Part shown: positions 19,861-30,671 of the stretch, one piece after another
How the letters are laid out: the number at the start of each line of letters is the position of its first letter
Numbering within the stretch: position 1 is the stretch's first letter
Assembly: GCA_964220215.1 (NCBI GenBank)
Contig: CAXPTH010000012.1
Span: 1-64,000 of the forward strand
From: Alteromonas sp.
GTDB taxonomy: Bacteria; Margulisbacteria; Marinamargulisbacteria; UBA6595
Length of the DNA: 64,000 nt
Direction: 5' to 3'
The notes under the pieces: generated by a model
Seen by the model: the letters and a program-made list of their open reading frames with translations, nothing else
The model's database searches: none
What the model was told of the DNA's origin: nothing
Translations under genes and position numbers: made by a program

Positions 19861-20753
19861 GCCCGTATCTCCCACTAAGCCGATATACCATGATTATCGG
19901 GCCAACCGGTATTGGGAAAAGTGCCGCTGCCATTGAATTGGCCCATCAGCATCATGCGCATACGGGCATCTACCCGCACATTATTAGCAGCGATGCATTT
20001 CAAGTCTACCAAGGCATGGATATTGGGACCGGAAAAGTATTGCCCCATGAGCAACGCGGCATTGCCCATCACCTCATCGACATCCAACCCCCCGATATCC
20101 CGTACACCGTGGGCGAATTTATGGCGCATGTCACACGCCTGGATGCCACCATTCCGGAATCAACTCCACTTATTTTTTGTGGCGGAAGCCCCCTGTACAG
20201 CTATGCCTGGCTGAACCAATACAGTTTAGCACCCGCTCCCCATGACCCTGAACTCAAGCAGCAATTGGCCAATGCGTTAGACCGAGACGGCAACCACGCA
20301 CTATGGGAGCGTTTGCATCAACAGGATCCGGATGCCGCTGCGGCTATTCATCCCAATAATCGCCATCGCCTCATCCGTGCCTTAGAAATTATACGCACAA
20401 CCGGAAAAAAACCATCCGACACCCAGCGGCAACCGCGAACGGATGTCACCGTGCTGGGGTTGAGTGCCGACTGGTCCCAAGTCCGTGACCGAATCGCCCA
20501 GCGTGTATCGGACATGGTTGCCGCCGGTTGGCTTGATGAAGTCCGTGACTTGCGCACCCGATACTCGCCCACGGCACCGGGATTTCGAGCCATCGGATAC
20601 CCAGCAATCATACAGGCTCTATCGCAATCCCAGCCCATTGATTCACACCAGCTTATTCAAACCATTACCACGCAGACGCAACAATTCGCCAAACGACAGC
20701 GAACATGGTATCGTAAGTTTGATGCAACTTGGATTTCCATCAACAATCATTAA
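19848..20753 (+). CDS. miaA: tRNA dimethylallyltransferase
   Basis: GPTGIGKS, QVYQGMDIGTGK, RLIRALE, AIGY, FAKRQRTW. Confidence 0.96.
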   Translation: MDSLSPYLPLSRYTMIIGPTGIGKSAAAIELAHQHHAHTGIYPHIISSDAFQVYQGMDIGTGKVLPHEQRGIAHHLIDIQPPDIPYTVGEFMAHVTRLDATIPESTPLIFCGGSPLYSYAWLNQYSLAPAPHDPELKQQLANALDRDGNHALWERLHQQDPDAAAAIHPNNRHRLIRALEIIRTTGKKPSDTQRQPRTDVTVLGLSADWSQVRDRIAQRVSDMVAAGWLDEVRDLRTRYSPTAPGFRAIGYPAIIQALSQSQPIDSHQLIQTITTQTQQFAKRQRTWYRKFDATWISINNH

Positions 20754-22716
20754 GTATCGATTATCCAAACACCGCCTCCACCAGATTGGCATTGGGGTTG
20801 GGGCCCTATGTTTAGCCGGCCTTGCATTCTTTCCCCATATACCCAAAACACTTGGCTTATCGGTTGGCGATATTGCACCCAAAACAATTTATGCCCCCTA
20901 TGATGCGTTTATTGAAACCAGTAAAGACAAAGCCAAAACGGAGCGATTGCGCCGGGATCGAATGGCCAGCGTCCCCAAGGTGTTTTCGATTGACACGGAG
21001 AAAAACAAAGTTGTTTTAGGCAATATTTTTCAATTTTTTACCAATGTTAAATTAGACCCAAGCTTAGAATCCAATACCCCGCTGGTCAAACGGTATCAAA
21101 CGGTTTCATCGATTGATGCGCTGGAGACAACTGTGTTTGATATTGCAACGGCCCTATTAGACATGGGACTTAGTGACGACACGTTAAAAAATTTGGATCA
21201 ACTCCTTGATCCCATGATTGCAGATGCTGAGAATGCCGATTTAATCAAGGCGACATTAATCCAGTTTTTAGAACCCAATTTGCGCTATGACAAAACCCAA
21301 ACCGAAGCCGATATTGCCGCTATATTAAATGCAATACAGCCATTCTCAACGCACTATCGCAAAAGCCAAGTTATTGTATATGAAGGCGACCGCATTACCC
21401 AACAACACGATGCTATTTTTACGGCTTATAATTTAATCAATCAGCCAATTCCATGGTTGCGATTTGTGGGGCTTTTCGTTGTTCTGTTTCTGAGTTTTTA
21501 TGCCATGAGCCATCGAATTAAGGCGCCGATTGCCGTTCCCATGATTATTACAGGGATTCTGTTACTGATTGCCAATGGTCTCACCCAAATTCCATTCCAA
21601 TTGGCCGGTATTAATTGGTTGTATCTAACCCCGATTTCATTTTTAGCCATTGCAATTTCGCTGCTGCATTCCCGCCGCATGGCTTTTTTAACCAGCATTC
21701 TCGCCAGTTTAGTCATTGGCTTGATGGCACTGAGCGAAGGGCTCGTCTTGGTAATGTATTTGATCAGCAGCGCATGTGTCACAATTGCATTGGTAAATTT
21801 AACCGGGCGCCGGATTACCATTATAAAGACGGGGTATATGAGCAGTTTGGCCAATTGTGTCTTGCTGAGCTCAGCCTGGCTCATGCATACCCCTGAATTG
21901 CCGTGGTTAATTCCGCACTTGGGCTTGGTAGCGATTAGCGGCATTGTATCGTCCATGCTGGCTTTATCGTTTATTCCCTATTTGGAAATCGGATTTAAAA
22001 TTACCACCTCTCAAACCTTGCTTGATTTTGCCAATTTAGACCACCCCTTATTAAAAAAACTAATGACCACAACCCCAGGCACCTACCAACACAGCATTAT
22101 GGTTGCCAATTTGGCTGAAGCGGGTGCCGAGGCCATTAATGCCAACCCAATTTTAGCGCGCATCGGCGCCTATTACCACGATATTGGCAAAATGAAACGC
22201 CCGTTGTTTTATACCGAAAACCAAGGCGGCGAAAACCCTCACGATCGGCTTACGCCTCGGATGAGCAAAATGATTATTGCCGCACACCCCAAAGACGGGG
22301 TTGAATTAGCCAAACAATACAAACTTCCCAATATTTTGATTGATTTTATCTTGCAGCACCACGGCACCTCTTTGGTCAGCTTTTTTTATGCCCAGCAAAA
22401 GCATGATGATGAAACGACTGAAGAATTCGATTTCCGATACCCCGGACCCAAACCCAACTTTAAAGAATCGGGGATTGTCATGCTTGCCGATAGTATTGAA
22501 GCCACGTTGCGGTCGATGCAAAAGCTCAATCCCACAAAAATTACCGAAACCGTTGACCGAATTATCCAAGACAAAATAGCCGACAACCAACTCAATGAAT
22601 GCCCGTTAACGCTGGCCGATATTGAAACAGTTAAACAAGCCTTTTTAAAGTGTTTAACCGGGGTTTATCACCAACGAATTAATTACGACAAAATTAACGA
22701 AACGTTGAGCGAATGA
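20722..22716 (+). CDS. 7TM-HD (HDIG) phosphohydrolase, PgpH-like cyclic-di-AMP phosphodiesterase
   Basis: Extracytoplasmic domain, TM block, PGTYQHS, YYHDIGK, QHHGT, FRYPGPKP, MLADSIEA; adjacent to ybeY. Confidence 0.9.
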   Translation: MQLGFPSTIIKYRLSKHRLHQIGIGVGALCLAGLAFFPHIPKTLGLSVGDIAPKTIYAPYDAFIETSKDKAKTERLRRDRMASVPKVFSIDTEKNKVVLGNIFQFFTNVKLDPSLESNTPLVKRYQTVSSIDALETTVFDIATALLDMGLSDDTLKNLDQLLDPMIADAENADLIKATLIQFLEPNLRYDKTQTEADIAAILNAIQPFSTHYRKSQVIVYEGDRITQQHDAIFTAYNLINQPIPWLRFVGLFVVLFLSFYAMSHRIKAPIAVPMIITGILLLIANGLTQIPFQLAGINWLYLTPISFLAIAISLLHSRRMAFLTSILASLVIGLMALSEGLVLVMYLISSACVTIALVNLTGRRITIIKTGYMSSLANCVLLSSAWLMHTPELPWLIPHLGLVAISGIVSSMLALSFIPYLEIGFKITTSQTLLDFANLDHPLLKKLMTTTPGTYQHSIMVANLAEAGAEAINANPILARIGAYYHDIGKMKRPLFYTENQGGENPHDRLTPRMSKMIIAAHPKDGVELAKQYKLPNILIDFILQHHGTSLVSFFYAQQKHDDETTEEFDFRYPGPKPNFKESGIVMLADSIEATLRSMQKLNPTKITETVDRIIQDKIADNQLNECPLTLADIETVKQAFLKCLTGVYHQRINYDKINETLSE

Positions 22717-23135
22717 GCAATACGTTTATTATTAATTATTCTGAGCCGGTGACCTTGGGGTTTGATCCAGAACGGTTTATGCACTATTTATGTGATTCCC
22801 TGGCGATTACCCATAGTTTTTTTGAATTCACATTTGTCAGCATCCCCATGATCTGTGAGATGCATCAAACTCAGCTCAATGATCCGTCTGAAACCGATAT
22901 TATTACCTTTAATTTAACCGAGCAATACACAACCACCCAGTTAATTGGGGATATTTATATTTGCCCCGACGTCGCGCATCGCCATGCACGCGCGCTCAAC
23001 CACAGCTTCGATATTGAAATACAAACCCTGATTGCCCACGGCATTTTGCATATTTTAGGCTATGATGACCAAACCACAGCCGATCAAGCAATTATGTTTG
23101 CGAAACAGGATCAGCTGGTTGCCGATTATCAATAA
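22713..23135 (+). CDS. ybeY: rRNA maturation endoribonuclease YbeY
   Basis: TDIITF, GDIYIC, HGILHILGYD (final H of the motif is D here). Confidence 0.9.
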   Translation: MSNTFIINYSEPVTLGFDPERFMHYLCDSLAITHSFFEFTFVSIPMICEMHQTQLNDPSETDIITFNLTEQYTTTQLIGDIYICPDVAHRHARALNHSFDIEIQTLIAHGILHILGYDDQTTADQAIMFAKQDQLVADYQ

Positions 23136-24426
23136 TGGCCTGCATCACCCCTGTTTCTGAGTCATAGTGCACCAATTGGACGGTTACTCGTGTATTGCGC
23201 GTAACAGCAGAATCCAGGGGTACACAAACGGGAATAAAATTGTCCGTATGGCCCAGCCATCCGTAGTCTTTTTTCTGTTCAATTAAAACAGGCAGCACCT
23301 GGCCCACATAGCGGTCACAATACGCGGCCTTTTTTTGAGCGCTCAGCGTTCGCAACCGTTTAGCCCGGGCTTGAATCACCGACGGCGCGACCGGATTTTC
23401 AAATTTTCGACTATGCGCCATTTGGCGTTCCGAATAGGGAAATACATGAAAATAGGCCAACGGCAACGCCTCCAAATTCGTATACGTTTCCATAAACTCA
23501 TCCTCAGTTTCACCGGGAAATCCCACAATGACATCGGTTCCGATACACACGTCGGGGTTCCACTGGATAATTTTTTCAAGTTGTTGCGCATACATGGCCA
23601 TCGTGTACTTTCGACGCATGCGTTTGAGTGTGGCATCGCACCCACTTTGAACTGGAATATGGGCATACCGACACAACGCAGTATCCGCATTCACTAAGCG
23701 TGAAAAAATCCGATCATCAATCGTTGTTGGCTCAATCGAAGACAAGCGAATGCGATGCAAACCGGGTATTTTTTCCATAGCATCCAACACATCCACCAAT
23801 GTTTTTTCTGAATCCCAATACGTTCCCATATTAATCCCCGTTAATACCAATTCATGATGCCCATGCATCACCAATTGATGGGCCTCCGCCAACAAATTGC
23901 TAAACACTCGGCTACGTGCTGGGCCACGGGCAAATGGAATAATACAAAACGAACAATAAAAATCGCACCCATCTTGGACTTTAATATTGGCACGCACATG
24001 CTGCTGATCGCGGTCCGTAATTGGCACGGAAAACGATTCGGCCGGAATCGACGGAACCAGGACGACTGGCTCAGCCGAATCCGCTGAAAAGGACTGGTCG
24101 ATAATCGACACCAACCGCATTTTATCGGCATTCCCAATGACCCACCGAACCGCTGGAAGATCAACCAGCCGGTCTTTGAGAATTTGGGATTGGCACCCAA
24201 TTAACGCTATGGCTATATCCGTTGATTGGCGGGCAATACGATTGACTAGCCGACGGGTATCTCGATCCCCATTCTCTGTGACGGTACAGGTATTAATCAC
24301 CACAATATCGGCCGCTTGTCCAAATGGAACACAGCGATACCCTGCGGTGCTAAACTGTTGGGTTAAGGTTGCTATTTCTGCATGATTGAGCCGGCATCCT
24401 TGAGAATAAAAAGCCACCCGCCGCAT
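23092..24426 (-). CDS. mtaB: tRNA t6A37 methylthiotransferase MtaB
   Basis: GCRLN, INTCTVT, KVQDGCDFYCSFC, RLSSIEP, HVFPYSER. Confidence 0.92.
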   Translation of the reverse strand: MRRVAFYSQGCRLNHAEIATLTQQFSTAGYRCVPFGQAADIVVINTCTVTENGDRDTRRLVNRIARQSTDIAIALIGCQSQILKDRLVDLPAVRWVIGNADKMRLVSIIDQSFSADSAEPVVLVPSIPAESFSVPITDRDQQHVRANIKVQDGCDFYCSFCIIPFARGPARSRVFSNLLAEAHQLVMHGHHELVLTGINMGTYWDSEKTLVDVLDAMEKIPGLHRIRLSSIEPTTIDDRIFSRLVNADTALCRYAHIPVQSGCDATLKRMRRKYTMAMYAQQLEKIIQWNPDVCIGTDVIVGFPGETEDEFMETYTNLEALPLAYFHVFPYSERQMAHSRKFENPVAPSVIQARAKRLRTLSAQKKAAYCDRYVGQVLPVLIEQKKDYGWLGHTDNFIPVCVPLDSAVTRNTRVTVQLVHYDSETGVMQAIIDNRQPADPVSQT

Positions 24427-24436
24427 GCCTGAAGTC

Positions 24437-26788
24437 CTACGGCTGACGCGCTGGCCCAAACGGACGAAACACAACCAGTAATCGGGGCAGTAATGTTAAG
24501 GTTAATACCAAGGCCATCCCCATGGCCAAACTTGTCAATAAACCAAAATAAACACTGGGCATAAAGGTCGAAAAGACCATAACCGAGAACCCAATCATAA
24601 TAACCACACTGGTATAGACAATAACCGCCCCTACGGTTCGATGGGTGCGCTGGACGGCATCGGAATACGAACCAGATTCATGATAATTGATCCGAAATCG
24701 ATACATATAATGAATGGTATCATCCACCGCAATGCCCATGGCAATAGCCGCCAACGTGATGGTCATCAAATCCAAGGATATCCCAAACCAACCCATAAAT
24801 CCTAAAATACTGATTACGGCCAAAGCGTTGGGAATAATCCCGATTGCAGCCAATTTAACCGACCGAAACAACCACCAAAACATGCCAAATAGAACAGCGA
24901 TTACCAGACCCAAGGTTGCAATTTGGGAATCAAATAAACGCTGAAGCATGTTGTTGTATAAAATGAGTGGGCCTGAATATGAAATTTGATCCGGACGAAC
25001 CCCAAGTTGCGTCGGCAATTCTCGCTTTAGCGTTCGTATAAATTCATTGCGTTTCAAGTCTGGATTGGTATCGCGCATACGCACCCAGAACAGGACTTGG
25101 TTGTTGCGCATTGATACAAACGGATCAATTAAATCCCCCCGCCATTCATCGGGAATTTTTTCATATAAAAGATTTAATGAAAATGTGGTGAGCGGTTCCC
25201 CATTGAGTTGCTCCGCAAACTGCAACAACGTACCAAATGAAACCACTTTACCGGTTTCGGGCCGCTCGGATAGATAGCGTTGGGCATTATTAATAACCGA
25301 AACTCGCTCCGGTGTGAACCAGTAGCTAGACTGCGAATCAACAGAATCAAAATCATCAAAATCATCAAACTCGCTATCACTCGGTTGGGGCACCTCATCA
25401 AACGTGATGACCACATTTAGCGGAACCGTCCCACCCAAATGCCGATCCACATACGATAACCCTCGGTTAATGTCAGTGCTGGGCCGAAAATAATCAATGA
25501 ACCGATTTTCAACTTCCAATTTGCCAATCCCCACCCCACTTAAACCAGCAAGAACCACCGATGCGATCAAAATGCCCATCGGCGCTTTTTGTACCAGTTT
25601 ATAAAACAAGGGGGCTATTTTATTTAAAAGCAAACCGGTCTCAAAGGATATTTGCTTGGGGCGTGGCATCAGGCTCATCCAAGCGATAAACATCACAAAG
25701 GTTACACAAAATGAAATAACAACCCCAACAATCATCATATGGCCAAACGTACTCACAGACAAAATGTCGGATACTAATAACGATCCAAAGCCAGCAATGG
25801 TTGTTAACGCTGCAAATAAACACGGTAAAAACTTAATTCTGACGGTTTGAATCGCCAATTCACCCGGCGTCATACTCGGTGTTTCGTCATACAACTGCCG
25901 ATAGTTGACCATTAAGTGCAAACACAGCGCCAAGTTTAAAATAAACTGAACCGATATAAAATTAGATGAAATAACCGTCACATCCCAATGCAAAAATCCA
26001 AACAAACCAACCATCAGTGTTAACGAGACTAAGCACGTAACCATGGGGAAAAATACACCACGAATTTGTCTAAACACAAACCACAACATCAGCATTAACA
26101 CCGACATCGACAAGACCCCAAACACCACAATGTCACGCCGAATAAAGGTTAATGCATCATGAACAATCATGCGCATCCCACTGAAATACAAACTGGCGTC
26201 AACTTGATAGGGGCGCATCGTTGTTCGAATCGTTTGAATCAGCGCCTCATTTTGCTCAGTTTGTTGGCTCTTCGTCCCACGATTCAGTGTTTTAGACACC
26301 CAAATAATGACGGCTGTTGACGTTAGATCATCACTGACTAAAAAGTCATTGTATACCGGATGATTATCAAATATTTTTTTGAGTTCTTTGTTCGAAAAAT
26401 CAGCATCAGCATCCCGCAAAAAAACCATGCTCGATAAGGCTTGCGCTAACGATTTAGGTTGCTCTTTAAAGACGGGCAAATCCCGAATCGTCAGCACCCG
26501 TTCAACCCCGTCAATCGTCGCTAGATCCGCCTGAAAATTAGCCAAATGGCGTTGATGCATCGGGTCAAACAATTGGCCGTTTTTAGGCTGATACGCCACC
26601 ACCAATAAATCCCCAAACCCAAAGGTATCGTCAACCGATCGACTCAAGGCAACCGTCGGATCATTGCGATCCACCAAGGTATCTAGGGACGCATCCAACC
26701 GAAATTGGGGAATAAACAGAGCCATGACCACGGTCACGACTCCCAGGCCAATCAATAACAGCCTAGGGTGTTGAATGCGGTTAATCAT
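24437..26788 (-). CDS. MMPL/RND family lipid transporter (HpnN-like)
   Basis: Two RND repeats, TTIAGFGSL, IAMGIAVDDTIH. Confidence 0.9.
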   Translation of the reverse strand: MINRIQHPRLLLIGLGVVTVVMALFIPQFRLDASLDTLVDRNDPTVALSRSVDDTFGFGDLLVVAYQPKNGQLFDPMHQRHLANFQADLATIDGVERVLTIRDLPVFKEQPKSLAQALSSMVFLRDADADFSNKELKKIFDNHPVYNDFLVSDDLTSTAVIIWVSKTLNRGTKSQQTEQNEALIQTIRTTMRPYQVDASLYFSGMRMIVHDALTFIRRDIVVFGVLSMSVLMLMLWFVFRQIRGVFFPMVTCLVSLTLMVGLFGFLHWDVTVISSNFISVQFILNLALCLHLMVNYRQLYDETPSMTPGELAIQTVRIKFLPCLFAALTTIAGFGSLLVSDILSVSTFGHMMIVGVVISFCVTFVMFIAWMSLMPRPKQISFETGLLLNKIAPLFYKLVQKAPMGILIASVVLAGLSGVGIGKLEVENRFIDYFRPSTDINRGLSYVDRHLGGTVPLNVVITFDEVPQPSDSEFDDFDDFDSVDSQSSYWFTPERVSVINNAQRYLSERPETGKVVSFGTLLQFAEQLNGEPLTTFSLNLLYEKIPDEWRGDLIDPFVSMRNNQVLFWVRMRDTNPDLKRNEFIRTLKRELPTQLGVRPDQISYSGPLILYNNMLQRLFDSQIATLGLVIAVLFGMFWWLFRSVKLAAIGIIPNALAVISILGFMGWFGISLDLMTITLAAIAMGIAVDDTIHYMYRFRINYHESGSYSDAVQRTHRTVGAVIVYTSVVIMIGFSVMVFSTFMPSVYFGLLTSLAMGMALVLTLTLLPRLLVVFRPFGPARQP

Positions 26789-27375
26789 GAGCGATTTTTT
26801 TCTGCTAAACTACGGGTTAAATCCGATAACGTGCCGTCTTTTAATCGAGATGAAAATTGCATGCGAAAGGCTGAAACCAAGCTTACCCCGTCAACATCAA
26901 CATCATAAATTTTCCAGTTGGATTGACTGGCATACACCTTGAATGCCACATTCAATTCACTGGCTCCAGATTGAATGCGGCAGGGCACTTTGGCTTTGTT
27001 CGACTTCAGTATCGGGTCTCCAAATGTTACAGCCGCTTGCACATCTTTGTACGCCAAAAACTGGCTTAAATAGGTATCAAATATATGGGTCTTAAATGTT
27101 TGCACAAATTCCGATTGCACATCCGATGCAGCCGCAGTCCATGCAGACCGACCCACTGACAGCTGGGCAATCAGTGTAAAATCAACCAAGTCCTCAGCCC
27201 ACTGTTTTAGTGATGCCTCAAGATCACTGGTGGTTCGAACATTCCCAGACACCGGCTGTACGAAACTGGATAGCTGATCAAAGGCATCCTGCAAAAATAT
27301 ATTCGGTGACGGAAGCCCCTCTCCATAGACAACTACACTCATTAAAATTCCCAAACAAACGCCCATCCACCTCAT
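26785..27375 (-). CDS. MlaC/Ttg2D (HpnM-like) periplasmic lipid-binding protein
   Basis: DFTLIAQLSVG..W, WKIYDVDVDGVSLV..FR.QF; GAGGAG SD. Confidence 0.9.
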   Translation of the reverse strand: MRWMGVCLGILMSVVVYGEGLPSPNIFLQDAFDQLSSFVQPVSGNVRTTSDLEASLKQWAEDLVDFTLIAQLSVGRSAWTAAASDVQSEFVQTFKTHIFDTYLSQFLAYKDVQAAVTFGDPILKSNKAKVPCRIQSGASELNVAFKVYASQSNWKIYDVDVDGVSLVSAFRMQFSSRLKDGTLSDLTRSLAEKNRS

Positions 27376-27377
27376 GG

Positions 27378-28088
27378 TTACTCTCCTCGATTTAACTGCC
27401 ATTCCCGCACGACACTGTACGCATCTAAACTATTCATGTAAATAGTATCATACCCATTTACCAAAGTTTCAAACATTGTCACGGATCGTCCCCCCAAAAG
27501 GGTCGTGTTTAATGCGTCATCCTTGAGGTACAATCGTGTCGCATACATTGAAAATGGAACATTCGCCGAATTGCGGAGCGTTGTGGGCCCTAAAAATGGC
27601 AATACTAAATACGGACCTTTGGGAACACCCCATCGACCCAAAGTAGCCCCAAATCCTGTGGGTTGATACGACCAGCCCAGCCACGGATCAGCCACATCAA
27701 AAATTCCGCCAATGCCCACCGTCGCATTCACCAACAATCGTCCCGTTTGTTGCGCTACCATCGATACCCGCCCTTGCAGCACATAATTGGCAATGTCTAC
27801 GGGCATCGATACAGTCTGAACCACTTGCTTGACGTGCTTACGCACACGAGTGGGAAATAAAAATTGATACACACGCGTTGTCGGACGAACCACCGAGACA
27901 TAGACATAATCGTTGAATTTAAAAAAAACACGATTCATTGGCATCCAGGGGTCCCTATTTTGGGTATTTACAACCGGTTCACTAAACTCATCAACAAAAT
28001 GATCACTAAAATCATACGTATCCCCCCAGGTACTGACCGAAAAGCCAACCAGACAAACTGCTATACACGTAACGATAAGTTTTTTCAT
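27378..28088 (-). CDS. MlaA/VacJ family lipoprotein
   Basis: DPW.PMNR.FF.FND, NATVGIGG.FDVA, GPYLVLPFLGPTTLR. Confidence 0.92.
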   Translation of the reverse strand: MKKLIVTCIAVCLVGFSVSTWGDTYDFSDHFVDEFSEPVVNTQNRDPWMPMNRVFFKFNDYVYVSVVRPTTRVYQFLFPTRVRKHVKQVVQTVSMPVDIANYVLQGRVSMVAQQTGRLLVNATVGIGGIFDVADPWLGWSYQPTGFGATLGRWGVPKGPYLVLPFLGPTTLRNSANVPFSMYATRLYLKDDALNTTLLGGRSVTMFETLVNGYDTIYMNSLDAYSVVREWQLNRGE

Positions 28089-28129
28089 AGAAAATATACT
28101 AACTGTCCATTATTGTATCAAAAAAAATC

Positions 28130-29431
28130 TTAATTGTCAATAAATTGACGCAGCTGGCAAGCATACTCATCCAAGTCATGATTGGCATAGACTTGTTTGG
28201 CAATCGCCTTGCCCAGTTCTACCCCCGGTTGATCAAACGCATTTAAATCCCATAAACAAGCCTGAAATACGGTTGTGGCCTCGTACAATGCCCACAAGCC
28301 CCCGATGGATTTGGGAGTTAAATGATCCGCAATTAATACAGCATGTGGGCGATTGGCTTGTTTGAACACCGATGATTGGGCAATAACATGCGCCATAACA
28401 TCCCGCTGATGGCGGTTGGAACATTGTGAATGCCGAACCGCAATCAATGTCACCGGAACGGGATGTGTCCCTTGATGCAACAATTGAAAAAACGAATGCT
28501 GGGCCACAGTCCCCGTTTGGCCAAAAACAACCGGAGACGTTGGCCCAAGAACCGGAGACCCCGATTGTGTCACCGACTTGCCGTTGCTTTCACAAATCAA
28601 CTGTTGCAAATGATTGGGAAATAGCGCTAACGCTTGCGCATACGGAATAATCACCTGAACATCTGAATCCTGCCGCTGATAGCGCCAAATCAGCGCCATG
28701 GCCAGCGCGATATTCTGACCAGGATCTTGGATTTGCACCTGCTGATCCATCGCATAAGCCCCCTGCAATACCGACTCCCAACACGCCGTCCCCAAGGCAA
28801 TTGAGACAATCAAGCCCCCAACAACACTGGTTCCTGAATATCGCCCACCCGTCTTTTCATCTAAATAAAATACCTGACGGTAGCGATTGGGCACATCCAA
28901 GACAGACCCAGGGCTGGTAATCACCACGATTCGTTCGTAGACACTATCGCCACATTGATCCACCAACCGTTGCATATTAACCTGGGTTTCTTCGGTTCCT
29001 CCGCTTTTGCTGACCACAATAAACAGGCTTGTCTCCAGCGGAATGGTTTGAATAACATCATCAAAATCATCGGAATCCAAGTTCGCGATAAATGCGGCTG
29101 GCCGTTGCTCAGACAGCGGCACACGTCGACGCAAGGCATCGTGTAAGGCTTGAGGCCCCAGCGATGATCCCCCAATACCAATTTGAACCACATGGGTAAT
29201 GCGTTGATCCGCACGAATCGCTTCGGCAAACAGCCGGTACTCATTGCGCACATCCCGATACCACGCCGGTGGCTGTGGATGCCGAGCCCAATAATAACTG
29301 GTTTGGGTCAGTGCAACCGCCCACCGCTCCCACAGATGGTGGTCAACCGCCATGCCATACTGATCCAGAAGCTGGGCGTCTCCCAGAGCGCCTTCGTTCC
29401 AATAGGCCCAATCGTGGCTATGAATGGGCAT
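28130..29431 (-). CDS. pgi: Glucose-6-phosphate isomerase
   Basis: IGIGGSSLGP, SKSGGT.ET, GGRYS, ESNGK, FDQPGVELGK. Confidence 0.95.
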   Translation of the reverse strand: MPIHSHDWAYWNEGALGDAQLLDQYGMAVDHHLWERWAVALTQTSYYWARHPQPPAWYRDVRNEYRLFAEAIRADQRITHVVQIGIGGSSLGPQALHDALRRRVPLSEQRPAAFIANLDSDDFDDVIQTIPLETSLFIVVSKSGGTEETQVNMQRLVDQCGDSVYERIVVITSPGSVLDVPNRYRQVFYLDEKTGGRYSGTSVVGGLIVSIALGTACWESVLQGAYAMDQQVQIQDPGQNIALAMALIWRYQRQDSDVQVIIPYAQALALFPNHLQQLICESNGKSVTQSGSPVLGPTSPVVFGQTGTVAQHSFFQLLHQGTHPVPVTLIAVRHSQCSNRHQRDVMAHVIAQSSVFKQANRPHAVLIADHLTPKSIGGLWALYEATTVFQACLWDLNAFDQPGVELGKAIAKQVYANHDLDEYACQLRQFIDN

Positions 29432-30662
29432 GTTCAAACAGTAACGCCATTAATTTTTTATCCGTTGTTCGCAACAGAATGGACCGACGCTGCATCATCC
29501 GTTCAACAGCCTGCAAAAACTGCGGCAATTCTTGCGGAACATAGCACCCCGATTCCCCCCAACTAAAGGGCGGCACCCACCCACGATGCTCGCGTCCCAG
29601 CAGGGTTGACCCGTATCCCACCAAGCTCCCGGCTCCCAATAGTGTCCCAATGGCTGTTTTAACATGGTCGCCCAAACATACCCCCAAAAACTGCTGACCG
29701 GTATCTTGGCGCGTACTGGATGTCTCAACATAGATAGATCCGTAGGTGCTTTTTAGATTTGAATTGGTAGTCATCGCGCCTAAATTGACCCATTCCCCAA
29801 TATAGCTATGTCCCAAAAATCCGTCATGCGCTTTATTGGTGTAATTATGAATAACAGAATGACTCACTTCACCCCGAATTTTACAATGACGGCCAATACG
29901 ACTCGCCGAAATAACCCCACCCAAAATCTGTGTGCCAGCCCCAATATAAACGGGTCCCTCCAATCGCGCATGACTGCGAATAACCACATCCCGCTCAATA
30001 TACACAGGCCCCCGGCTCGCATCAATAACGACAAAGGGCTCAACGGTCACGCCTTGGTCAATAAATACATGCTCATCGTTTCGAATGGATACCCAGGCAT
30101 CGACATTGCCTTTCACAATGCCATAGCGCTCAGGCATCAGTGCGCCATCTTCCATTAATAAAGCCTGATTTAGCGTCACCAAATCCCAACTATGGCGAAG
30201 GATCCGTGCATGGGCATAGGTATATATCGAACACACGGATTGCAGCATATTCACCAACGTCTGCCCGTCTGAAATAGTCATTAAATAATCGTGAACGGTT
30301 AATGCCAAATCAGAGCTTGCACACACCGCAATCACATCGTTGGCTTCGGATACTACAACATACGGATGATTCGTGCCATATTGCATTAACTGTTGGTACA
30401 GCGGGGCATCCATAACAACACGCGCATTTAAAAATAAGCATTGATGCGTATTGCCCAACCAGTTAACGCCAATATGCGGGCGCTGCTGACTGGCAATTGA
30501 TTTTAAATGGGGACGGCAGTACGCCGTTAAAACATCTGAAAAATAATGCTGAAACCGATCCAATAAGCTACAATGACCAACCACCAACTCATAGACAGGA
30601 CGCGCCATAACCATGGGTTGAAATTGAGCATAGCGATTGTCTTCAAAGATAGCAATGTTCAT
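29418..30662 (-). CDS. GlmU-like sugar nucleotidyltransferase with hexapeptide repeats
   Basis: IFED..F.P....RPV, KAHDGFLGHSYIGEWVNLGA.TTNSNLK. Confidence 0.85.
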   Translation of the reverse strand: MNIAIFEDNRYAQFQPMVMARPVYELVVGHCSLLDRFQHYFSDVLTAYCRPHLKSIASQQRPHIGVNWLGNTHQCLFLNARVVMDAPLYQQLMQYGTNHPYVVVSEANDVIAVCASSDLALTVHDYLMTISDGQTLVNMLQSVCSIYTYAHARILRHSWDLVTLNQALLMEDGALMPERYGIVKGNVDAWVSIRNDEHVFIDQGVTVEPFVVIDASRGPVYIERDVVIRSHARLEGPVYIGAGTQILGGVISASRIGRHCKIRGEVSHSVIHNYTNKAHDGFLGHSYIGEWVNLGAMTTNSNLKSTYGSIYVETSSTRQDTGQQFLGVCLGDHVKTAIGTLLGAGSLVGYGSTLLGREHRGWVPPFSWGESGCYVPQELPQFLQAVERMMQRRSILLRTTDKKLMALLFEHAHS

Positions 30663-30671
30663 CGCATTCCC

